In this document: piece after piece, positions 55,191 through 64,000 of the stretch
Layout: each line of letters begins with the position of its first letter
Numbering within the stretch: position 1 is the first letter of the stretch
Assembly (NCBI GenBank): GCA_002269645.1
Contig: NIVC01003109.1
Coordinates: forward strand, 54,943 to 118,942
Reading direction: 5' to 3'
From: Macrostomum lignano
Taxonomy: Eukaryota
DNA length: 64,000 nt
The notes under the pieces: model-generated
The model's database searches: none
What the model saw: only the letters and a program-made list of their open reading frames with translations
Told to the model about the DNA's origin: nothing
Position numbers and translations under genes: made by a program

Positions 55191-55531
55191 CCATCACCAA
55201 CCTGATTTCCTTTCGCCTATACGTTAAACGAAATCTACCCACTCGCCATGCCTTTCGTTTTAAACTGAGCCAATTGCAGTAATAATATATGGCCTTTCTT
55301 ACGGTAAAAGTAGTGAGCAGCCAACACAGAGCCATTTTTAGGAATTTTTAGGATAATGACACAACAATGACTCGTATATTGGTTATTAAAGTTTAAAAAT
55401 GAATATTATGGAAGAACCGAATATTAATAGGATAATTTCACACACACACACACGACAAACACACAACGCAAGGGGGCGGAAAGGCGGGTCGGACCGGCCG
55501 GCGGACGTCGCTCAGCAGGCAGTCGGCATCC

Positions 55532-56881
55532 TTACTCGAAATGGGCCTCTTGATTTAGCTGGTACGGGCCATATGCCGCCACCTGAGCCATGGCACTTGC
55601 CCATGCTTCCACATAACGTTGGGCTGCCGCGGCCGTGAGCACCACTCGGTGCCATCGGCTAGGCAAGATGTCGTTGCGCAGCACGCCCCTCAACTGCGGC
55701 AGAGTCGGGATGCCCAGGGCTTGGCATTGGACGACGAAGGCCGCATTCCGTACTTGTTGCAGCCGTGTCAGAGTTGGTGCAGACAGGGGCGGCTGCGCGA
55801 TTGCAAAATGCTGCAAAGTGCCACGGGGCACCTCGGCCAGGCCCGCGTAGCCGGGCTCAACGTCGCCCAGGGCCGCCAACACCCACCCACAGCGGCGATT
55901 GAACCGTTGCGAGAGAGTGGCGGCCCAGGCCACTGTGGCAAACGGCGCATAGAGGAGGGGCGCAGAGGCCGGCGCGGAGGCCGCAAGAATGCCGTCGTGG
56001 ATGACGAGAGCCTCTTCCCATTCGGCGCCCTCGCTCAGGAAGCCCCAGAGCAGCCCTGGCAGGTCCGCAGGAAGCATGCCCCAGCGGCTGGCCAAGCTGG
56101 CCAGGCCAATCAATAGCCGGGCTCTCTGGGTTGGTGTCAGTTGTCTAGTCATCTGAGAGGAGGCTGCGCAGCTGATGATCACCTTCTTGTAGACCGGCCG
56201 ATCGCAGGTGCTGAAGATTGCTGTGATGGGGGCACAGGACGGCGGCCGGGCTGTCAGGTGCGATGGTTCCTCATCCACAACCTTGCGGAGGAACTTGGCG
56301 GCCTGCCGGACTAGGTCGCCGAGGGCGTATTTGTAGGCGCTCTGGGCCGCTGCCTCGATGTACATTAACAGCGTATTGTCAACCAATCCCAGCAGGGCCG
56401 CTTTTGACAGGATGAGCAGACAGGGCCGGTCCAGGTTGTCGCGAAGTTGGCGCTCTAGAGTCGCATGCCTGTCCTCGGCCTGGAGTGGGCCATGATAGGA
56501 CTCAAGCCCGACCCAGTGCACCAGATCCCTAGCTGTCGCCGAAGGTTCGCCAGCCACCTGACCCCAATCGACTTCTTCTCTTTGCAGGGCGATGTCCACA
56601 CTTCGGCGGCTGTTGGGCAGAACATCACGCAGGCGGCGGGCCGCCTCGCCGAATTCGGCCGCCATGTCCGAAATGTCCGCGGTGTCGCCCCCAGCATTGG
56701 CCGGGTCGATTGTCTCGTCACCTTCTTCGACCCTGGCGGAGGCCGCCGCTGGCGGCTCGGGGCCGTCCTCCGCCTCTTGGATGGCGTCACGGGGCCGCTT
56801 TCGGCTAACTGGGCTGGCAGGACGCTCAGACGGTAAGCTGGAGCATAGCTGAATTCGATTGATGGTAGGCTTCGTGTCCAT
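55532..56881 (-). CDS. 449-aa orphan protein carried by the LTR element
   Basis: Long uninterrupted GC-rich ORF; N-terminal RKRPR (NLS-like) and acidic disordered region; no signal peptide or clear TM; no family recognised. Confidence 0.8.
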   Translation of the reverse strand: MDTKPTINRIQLCSSLPSERPASPVSRKRPRDAIQEAEDGPEPPAAASARVEEGDETIDPANAGGDTADISDMAAEFGEAARRLRDVLPNSRRSVDIALQREEVDWGQVAGEPSATARDLVHWVGLESYHGPLQAEDRHATLERQLRDNLDRPCLLILSKAALLGLVDNTLLMYIEAAAQSAYKYALGDLVRQAAKFLRKVVDEEPSHLTARPPSCAPITAIFSTCDRPVYKKVIISCAASSQMTRQLTPTQRARLLIGLASLASRWGMLPADLPGLLWGFLSEGAEWEEALVIHDGILAASAPASAPLLYAPFATVAWAATLSQRFNRRCGWVLAALGDVEPGYAGLAEVPRGTLQHFAIAQPPLSAPTLTRLQQVRNAAFVVQCQALGIPTLPQLRGVLRNDILPSRWHRVVLTAAAAQRYVEAWASAMAQVAAYGPYQLNQEAHFE

Positions 56882-56969
56882 GTCAAGCTGGATAGTTCAT
56901 AGAATGCTTCAGCGATTGAAGGACAGAATGATTTCTCTGATTGATGATTTCCAGCTCTGGCAGGCGTGG

Positions 56970-57095
56970 GTCTTCTTATAGTGCCGGGGCTGGCTTCCCA
57001 TTGGTTGAGCACATTGGGAGGCACACCTGCTGCGGCCGGGGTCGCCGTTGGCTTGGGACCGCTCGCTCTAGTCTCCGTGCGCTCTGATTGGCTGG
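56970..57095 (-). promoter_or_regulatory. Candidate internal promoter for the 449-aa ORF
   Basis: On the minus strand, AGCCAATCAG (about 57084-57093), AACCAATGG (about 56999-57007) and CTATAAGAA (about 56973-56981), roughly 95 bp upstream of the ATG. Confidence 0.55.
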
Positions 57096-57811
57096 TTCCG
57101 CCGCTTCCTGTTTCCTCACCTGTGAGCAGGGGGCAGACCCGAGACCACCTCCGGTCGCGCCCGCGGCAGATCCGTACTCCAGCCGACAGAGATCGCACTC
57201 CCACCTCACATGCACACATTCAGATCAGGCACACAAATTAATTTGGTTAATATGAATAGAAGAGGGATTTGGGAGATTAGACTCCGGAGGATAAATGATG
57301 ATGCGGCCCAACTCCCTTCGATTTCTTCCTTCAACGCCACGCGCACGCAGTTCTCATCCATGCCTCCGAGACCCTCATAAACTTAACAGCCGAAAGAATT
57401 CGAAAGAGGAATTAATCATTAATTTGACTGCCACCAGTTTGATGTACTATTATAAAAGAGAAAGGGGAACCTACCACCATCTTGGCGCATTACCAAAGAA
57501 AAGAAAAGGAGGATCAGCCACCATTTTGAGAGAGGTTGCTAGGGAAAACTGCCACCAATTGCCCTTCTACCAGAGGGGAGGAAGACGAAAAACTGCCATC
57601 CCTTAGAGGTGTATCATTAAAAGAAGGCGGGGAAGAAGGCTACCACTACTTGATCACCTAGAGCTCAAGGGAAGGAGAGGGAATGAAGAAAGGAAGAAAC
57701 CCCCAGGAAGGCCACTACCACACGCCATAAAGTTAAAATCCCCATCTATCTACATCCTAATACCCGGCTAGTTCCCTACTTCTATTTCATCCCTTAAATC
57801 CTCATTTTCAG

Positions 57812-58218
57812 GATTCCGGCCGCTAGTAGCCGAGCCCATCCTTGAAGAGGAGTCCGACTACGAAGCGCCCGAAGACAGCCATTCAGAGCCGGACGCCCCC
57901 TCTGATTCTGGGCCGGCTGCGCCATCTGGTGACATAGGCGCCGCGGCTCCCGGGCCATGCGACCGCCGGGCCGCCAGCGAACCAGCGTCCGGGGCCGGTT
58001 GGCATCCGGTACCACCGCCGTTGTCAGCCCGAGCGCACGCTCCGCCGCCGGTCGCCGCGGTGACGCCCGTGGCTGCCGCTCCACAGCCCTTGCCAACCCC
58101 TGTGGTGGAGACCGACGGCTCCTGGCATTTGGTCGTGCTGTCGACGGCCCTAATAGCCGGTCTCACAATGCACTGGCTACTGCTCTTGGAGCTATTTCTG
58201 CGGCTTCCCAACTGCTGA
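57812..58218 (+). CDS. Candidate antisense exon encoding an acidic/Pro-rich peptide with a C-terminal hydrophobic segment (134 codons, no in-frame ATG upstream)
   Basis: Acceptor CTCATTTTCAG at 57811; open frame FRPLVAEPILEEESDYEAPEDSHSEPD...WHLVVLSTALIAGLTMHWLLLLELFLRLPNC*. Confidence 0.45.
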
Positions 58219-58807
58219 TGCTGGTGGTTCTTAATGCTTACTTACTAATTCTGAACTATCTGTCCCCATAACTTGACTTTAATTACTTACCTGACTTTAC
58301 ATTGACTAAACCACTGGCCTACTCTAAACTAATTGCTGCCCCATTTGCCTGATAAACTTAATTACATTGAATGCCCCCCCCCCTATTGCCTCATCGAAAC
58401 CAATTAAAAGTTTCCCAAAATCGGACTTTCACAAAGTGTGAACAAACACACGAAATCAGACCTAAAGGTGCTAATTTCCTACGGTCCCAGACTTCCATTG
58501 TTCCCAGAAAATCTTGAACAGCGGGGCAGGACCTCCTGTGGAGCAGACCCATAGAAATTTTACTAGTTTCCAAGTTAATATTTACTGATAGGGAATTAAC
58601 GCATACTGTACGGGCCTAATTTTCGAGCTAAAATCTTAGATATTTAAACAACACCAACGAGCACGAGGTCACAACATAAATTCGAGTAATAGAGGGCATA
58701 CGTAAATACGCGAAAAGCGGTCTCCAACGGGGCAACACGAGCAAAATTTCGACACGCGAATCGGGGGGGGGGATTAAGCAATCACTGGCTAGCTACCGAT
58801 CTGTTAC

Positions 58808-59332
58808 TCAGCGGGGGTCGAATGGGAGACTCACACCTAGCAAGTAAACCTTTTCTGTTCGATAGTCTATGATAGCATGCGTACTGGCTAGAAAAGCACT
58901 ACCCAGGAGGGAAACTGCTGCTGAATTGCCAACGACCAGAAAGAGGATTCTCACCTCTTCTAGCCCAATAACTGCTGTGAGGGTGGCCTGGCCTAGCATC
59001 TCTAATTCATTGCCCGTGTAGGACACGGCCTTCACACATGGGGGCTCCAGGGCCTCCACACTCTGTCCGGTAATTTTAGTAAAGTCTTTGACTGTTAGCA
59101 AAGACAGCGCACTGCCCCCATCTACCAGGAGGCGGGTGGGAACATTCTCAATTGGCAACTCTACAACAATATCTCTCCCGCGTTGTCCTCCAGCTGGTCT
59201 TGGCTGATAGAAATCGGGTACCTTCTCAAATCTAAACTTCTTGCTGGGCGGACGTGGCAGGTTAAGCTGGGCCCTAGAGAGGGAACGGGGCTGAGTTCGG
59301 GCCGGGCCATTCAGCCCTCCCACGGGTTTCCC
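58808..59332 (-). CDS. Retropepsin-type aspartic protease in the -1 frame, ending in TGA
   Basis: RLLVDGGSALSLL active-site motif (DGG variant) and SLLGSAFL. It overlaps the gag end at a slippery heptamer. Confidence 0.85.
   Translation of the reverse strand, partial: GKPVGGLNGPARTQPRSLSRAQLNLPRPPSKKFRFEKVPDFYQPRPAGGQRGRDIVVELPIENVPTRLLVDGGSALSLLTVKDFTKITGQSVEALEPPCVKAVSYTGNELEMLGQATLTAVIGLEEVRILFLVVGNSAAVSLLGSAFLASTHAIIDYRTEKVYLLGVSLPFDPR
59270..59332 (-). promoter_or_regulatory. -1 programmed ribosomal frameshift signal
   Basis: In-phase G GGA AAC (59332-59326), followed after a short spacer by the stem GGGCTGA/TCAGCCC with possible loop-to-downstream pairing. Confidence 0.8.
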
Positions 59333-60756
59333 GAACCCGGGGGCTCTTCAGGCGTGGAAGGAGGAGGCATCAGAGCTTGCGCGCGCAGCTGGGCGAGCCT
59401 CTCCTGCCTCTCCCTGGTAGCCTCGTCTAACATATCTCTGCCCCACTCCTCTAAATCTTGCCTATGGCGATCAGGTGGCGCACGAAGCTGCAATTGCTGC
59501 TGCTGCACACCCGGCGCCGGCGGCGTGGGCGCCTCCTGAATTGCAAGCGGCGGGGGCTGGGGTTGGCGCCAGTTCCTACTGCTATTAGAGCCGCCCTGCC
59601 CCTGCCTCCAGTTCCTGTTGGGAGTGGCGGGGCGAGGGGGCCTCATCTGCTGGGGCAGCTGGGCAACAGACTCTGCTGTCGCCTTCATAGTTTCATTGAG
59701 CTGCACCAGCTGGTTGCGCAGATCCTTTTGCGTTTGCTCTAGCGCGCCCAACCTCTCTTGCATCTCTGATAGGCCGTCACCGTCCTCCTCCGTCTCGTCA
59801 GCTTCCTGGTTCACCATCCTGACCCACTTGCGAGGGGGCCTGGGTGGCTGCTGAGGTTGCAGACGGACTTCGGTGCGGGACTCAGACCTGGGCGGGCCAC
59901 TACTGTCCCATTTCCCGGCTAAGTCTGCGGCTTCTAACAGGGCTTGCTGCTGTTCTAACACCTGCTCAATTGTCTGCCAGCGACGGCTCAACAGATCTTG
60001 TCTGACCTGGCGGGGGAGCTTAGCGTGTTCCAAGTAGGTGTACACGATTTCTTGTTCTCTCTGCTCACCCTGAATCTGAGGAAACATGGCCGTTATCTGA
60101 GATCTTATCATAGCAGCAAAAGCACTATGTGATTGGCCGGGTTTCTGGCTCAGATTCTTCAGCTTATTTCTCTTAGCCAGATCAGTGTTGGCCTCGCCCA
60201 ACTGCTCTCCTAATCTAGATACGAACTGCTCAAAGGGCAATTGCCCGTCCAATCCTAAGGCTAAGTTCTGAAATTCACCTGGGAGGTGCGAGATGAGCAC
60301 CTGCTTCCTAGCCTGATCTCCTACAGTTCTCTCCGCGTCCAGCTTGTAGATCATTCTCTCTACCCATTGCACAAAACAGTGTTCGCCGGGAGAGAACTTT
60401 TCTACGTAGATTTTCGGCCTCTGGGCGTCTTGGCCCATGTTTAGCTGGTTAAACGCATTGGCTATAGCGGCAACTAAGTCTCCTAGCTGCGGGACTGCCT
60501 GAGGAGGATTCTGGGCTGCGTCCGGGGGAGCAGCGGCGGCTGCTGCGCCACCCTGATTGGGAGCGGGAGCTGCTACTCCTTCATCTGGTTCCTCAACTAC
60601 TACTGCTTCTGGAGGCTGAGGGACCTGGTTACCAGCGGCTGCGGCCATTGCGGCTGCGGGGGCGGCAACTGCTGGGGTGTCAGCGGCCGAGGGTGGTTGA
60701 CCAGGGGCGTCTGCGCACACAGCTTCTACGACCCTATCTCCACGCGCCCGTGACAT
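59311..60756 (-). CDS. gag: Gag-like capsid protein (about 481 aa from the likely ATG at 60756), without a CCHC knuckle
   Basis: Ala/Pro-rich N-terminus; retrotransposon-gag helical region (KFSPGEHCFVQWVERM ... LSQKPGQSHSAFAAMI); coiled coil; Arg/Gln-rich tail. Confidence 0.85.
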   Translation of the reverse strand: MSRARGDRVVEAVCADAPGQPPSAADTPAVAAPAAAMAAAAGNQVPQPPEAVVVEEPDEGVAAPAPNQGGAAAAAAPPDAAQNPPQAVPQLGDLVAAIANAFNQLNMGQDAQRPKIYVEKFSPGEHCFVQWVERMIYKLDAERTVGDQARKQVLISHLPGEFQNLALGLDGQLPFEQFVSRLGEQLGEANTDLAKRNKLKNLSQKPGQSHSAFAAMIRSQITAMFPQIQGEQREQEIVYTYLEHAKLPRQVRQDLLSRRWQTIEQVLEQQQALLEAADLAGKWDSSGPPRSESRTEVRLQPQQPPRPPRKWVRMVNQEADETEEDGDGLSEMQERLGALEQTQKDLRNQLVQLNETMKATAESVAQLPQQMRPPRPATPNRNWRQGQGGSNSSRNWRQPQPPPLAIQEAPTPPAPGVQQQQLQLRAPPDRHRQDLEEWGRDMLDEATRERQERLAQLRAQALMPPPSTPEEPPGSGNPWEG

Positions 60757-63103
60757 GTGAATGCCGGATAGCTGGGGGAGTACCCACCACCGGGAAGGAA
60801 AAGAAAAGAAAACCGGGGCAACTACAGGTAAAGACCGAAAAGTTGATCCGAAACACACAAACACACTCACACACACACAAACACAGACAAAACCCACACT
60901 TGCGGCGTCGAAGAAAACAAATTGAAAAACGGGTGGCTCCACATAATTCCATTTAGGCAGTCCTAACGGCTTCACTCGGCAAAGCACACTGACTCAAACT
61001 GCGGCTACCACTACCAGTTGTCTATGGCACATCCTGACAGGGAAAAATTGGCTATTCAGAGAGACTTGACCTTCATTTTGCGGCCATGCTAGGGAACCCA
61101 AATGCCGACCGTAAACGGACTTACGGCACCTGTACAAATTCTCCCCTAGGGTTGCGCGCCGGACCCCATTTCCTTAAGAAAGCTACTACGAAGAAGCGTT
61201 GGCGCCTGGACCCAAAAACCCAAGTGGCGGGAGCAATCCCCATGGAGGTCCTCCCACTTTACTGCCCTTGCACAGCCGGAAAACCGTCGGAGTCCAGTGG
61301 GGCTTCCACCTCAGGACTACCAATCTTGTACACGCAGCTTCACAAAAGGCGGGAATCCAGCTCCCCTACGTCTAGCAGAATCCACAAAAACCAAGACCTC
61401 CCCCTTCTGTTCAGAGCGAAGGCGCGCAGCGGGAGTCCAGACTAAACTGTCCCCGAAGTTTTCAGGTTAGGCGGATTACAAGCCTGAAACTCTCGCCCGC
61501 TTTCCTAGGATAAACAGACCTAAGTGAGTATCTTCCTGAAATGCTTGCCCCTCCGATACTCCACCTTTGCTGCAGCTCGAAATAGCATACTTGGGACCTT
61601 TATCTGATGGCGGAGAAAGTCCTACAGTTGTCAGCCTCTCCACTTTACTGTACTTGAACGCCCGGTTCTACCAGGAGACAGCGGTACCTCCATCTAGGTT
61701 ATTCCAAGTTGCCAGAGACGTCAACCCGTCTTATTGACCTTGCGGGGCACTGGGGTGGCACTCTATGTACCGGGGCTTTACATTAGGGGACTGCATGCAA
61801 CCCTGCGTCTAAGCGCTTAGTGGGCTGCAGTGGCCAGAGGGGAAAAGAGTTGCGCAATAGCGCCTTCCTGGGCCAGGCTGACAAGTCGGGCAGGAGCGCC
61901 GTTCTACCGGGTCGGGCTGATTGGCACACCCACCTCCCCTATCAGACTGACAGCAGGGGGAGGAATTACTAAAGGAGGAGAATGCAGCAGGAAACATTAC
62001 GAGATCACTGGGGCCACCAGACTTCCAGTACACCATTCCAATACTCACTGAACTCCACTATCAATAGGATACTATGGGATCTACTATTTCCAGCCACTGC
62101 ACCAGCCCAAATGCAACCAAAGCAGTTACTACCGGGTCTGCAATACAGTGGGGAGAGTCAGCAGACACGTTGGGATCGAATCCCAGCCATGAAGGCACCA
62201 GGGGTTACCGCAGAATTCAGGTCCGGGCTGATCGCAGGTATTCCATAGGAGGTGACACTTTTTTTAGCCCGAGATTTTTGAGTCACACTGATACCCTACA
62301 GAGATACAATCACACCGCTATTCCCATTCCTGCGAGACTTTGGTATCCCCCAATGTTTCCAAGGCCATGACTACTGCTTCCCTTACTATGCATATATAGC
62401 GAGTTCCCCATAGCCCTTGATAGCTGTTCATTCTAATGGACAAACAAAACACGCTCCGGTCTCTACGCATTTCTAGGATTAACTGAGCGATCAGGGAGAG
62501 CGACTGTTACACTCCCCCGAGTAAAAGAAAGAGGTAGGACAAAGGAAAGAAATGCTTCGCTTCCAGCTTCCCTGTGCTTGCGTGATGAGGCTTCCGTACC
62601 TGGCTGGCTGTCCACCTCAACACTCACACAGTTCTGCTGTAGGCTAGGCGAGAGAAAGAAAGGGAGGGGAAATAAAGCATATTACCATGAAATAGAAAGT
62701 GAGTCCGGAAAATTCACTTTCGCAGTTCTTCACACACTCCGTTACCAGGTAGCTATTCTGATTGTAATCAAATCCGCTCGTCTACCACTTCACACTTTCT
62801 AGCGCTGAAACTGATCGGCTAAATTAATTTTAAATTGAATCAGGGGCTTTTGGCGAATGAATGAATTTGGAAATTTCGAATGAATTGAACGAATTCGCAG
62901 CCCGAAAAATTTGAAAAGTTACATTAATATTTTTGGATTTTGTTGCCTCACGCCATGGGAGAAGAGAATGACGATTGGCGATTTTTACGATTGGTAGATT
63001 TAGACATGGCACTCTTTGCGCTTCGGCCACCATTCTGAGGGATGCCACAGGTGCGCTTGTCACATCTAAACCACCAGTCCGAAACTCAGCGCTTTTGCAC
63101 CAG

Positions 63104-63121
63104 ATCCCACCGCTGCCACCA
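63104..63121 (-). promoter_or_regulatory. Primer-binding site for tRNA-Leu
   Basis: TGGTGGCAGCGGTGGGAT, 6 nt from the LTR end GGTTACA. Confidence 0.9.
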
Positions 63122-63127
63122 TTTTGA

Positions 63128-64000
63128 TGTAACCGCCCTTGTCGCCTGTCCGCTCCGTAGAGAGACGAACGCATGGCTAGAGGGGCAATGACCGTAGGCT
63201 GCCTATGACCGGGCAATGACCTGACGGACCTCCAGCACCAGACTGTCCCGCCCACATGATTAGTAGCTTTGGTAGCGCTTCGTGACCAGAGGGCCAAGGA
63301 CCCACATGGACCCCACCTGTAGCCAAGGTGCAATAGTTGGTCACTCGGTCATGTATGACCGAGTGGCTGCCACCACTCTATGTGACCTGGCGCACCTGGA
63401 TCTTTCTACCAGACCTCTCGAGGCTAGAGCCCCGCCTGGATTGGTTACCAGGGGATTTAGGCTAACAGGGGAGACGCATGCAGCCGAGTACAGGGACTCT
63501 GCTTGGGGCATGATCGGGAACTCTGGGCTCAATCCTGGAGGATTTCTCAGCAGGGGATCCTTTGTGGCTGTGAGCGAGGCTGACTTGCGACTTTGATTAC
63601 TAAGAGTAGTATGAGGCGAACATGTACTTCTACAGTTTAGATTGCTCAGGGCGAAGGGACGCGTTAGCATGGGGTTGCAACCTTCCTACTGCCATTCTGT
63701 GCCAAGACTCGCTAATCCCTCTACTGCACGCACACGCGGCCCCGCAGCACGCACTCACAGGCGGGCTTTGCACGGGGAGAGGCCATTAGCTTACCCAAAC
63801 TTCCTTATGCTTTGCCACCCCGGGGGAAAGGCTTAGCAAGCCATGAGTGAAATGATGGTGAAAGATTGAATAATGATGAAGTTAGTTAATAGTTAATAAT
63901 TAGGCCCTTAGGCAAATAAGCAGGCAATTAGGCGGCTTCACTATTGAGTAAAATACAGCAAAAGATACGGTATCACAATTGGCTCAGCTCTCTAATCAGA
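63128..64000 (-). repeat. 5' LTR (partial, cut by the window end)
   Basis: Matches 52270-53140 with about 8-9 differences. Confidence 0.95.

Larger units (their letters stand above)
52270..64000 (-). mobile_element. Large non-autonomous LTR element (predicted about 13.06 kb, right end outside the window) with gag, protease and extra ORFs but no RT/RH/IN
   Basis: Two LTRs about 99% identical over the visible 873 bp, a PBS at 63121-63104, a G-rich PPT at 54470-54481, and an 8.66-kb internal region. Confidence 0.92.

Noticed and set aside
55532-56881. env gene
   Set aside because: No signal peptide, furin cleavage site, fusion peptide or C-terminal TM; it has an NLS-like motif instead.

Overview
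Repeat-rich animal genomic DNA with spliceosomal introns. The style resembles a lophotrochozoan such as a Macrostomum-like flatworm, which is a guess. From left to right: (1) 1-9084, a head-to-tail array of apparently identical 4201-bp Ty3/gypsy (Mag-like) LTR retrotransposon units on the minus strand. Gag-PR-RT and integrase are open, but three lesions cluster in RNase H. (2) 9365-32855, a cluster of three spliced minus-strand CAP/SCP-domain genes. Two are 7-exon paralogues (signal peptide-CAP-EGF-EGF-SEA-like-GS linker-hydrophobic tail) and one is a 4-exon short form. Their introns hold satellites, SINEs, a foldback element and an LTR relic. (3) 33-47 kb, MITEs, a truncated RTE LINE, a broken WSC exon and a three-level self-nested DNA transposon, each level with its own perfect 8-bp target-site duplication. 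(4) 48039-52148, an intact 5-exon tetraspanin gene on the plus strand. (5) 52270 to beyond the window end, an LTR element of about 13 kb with 2.2-kb LTRs and a tRNA-Leu PBS. It encodes Gag and a -1-frameshifted protease but no RT, RNase H or integrase. In their place sit a 449-aa orphan ORF with its own promoter motifs and a candidate antisense membrane-anchored ORF. This element is the best candidate for an undescribed system. All calls were made by eye; no database searches were run.
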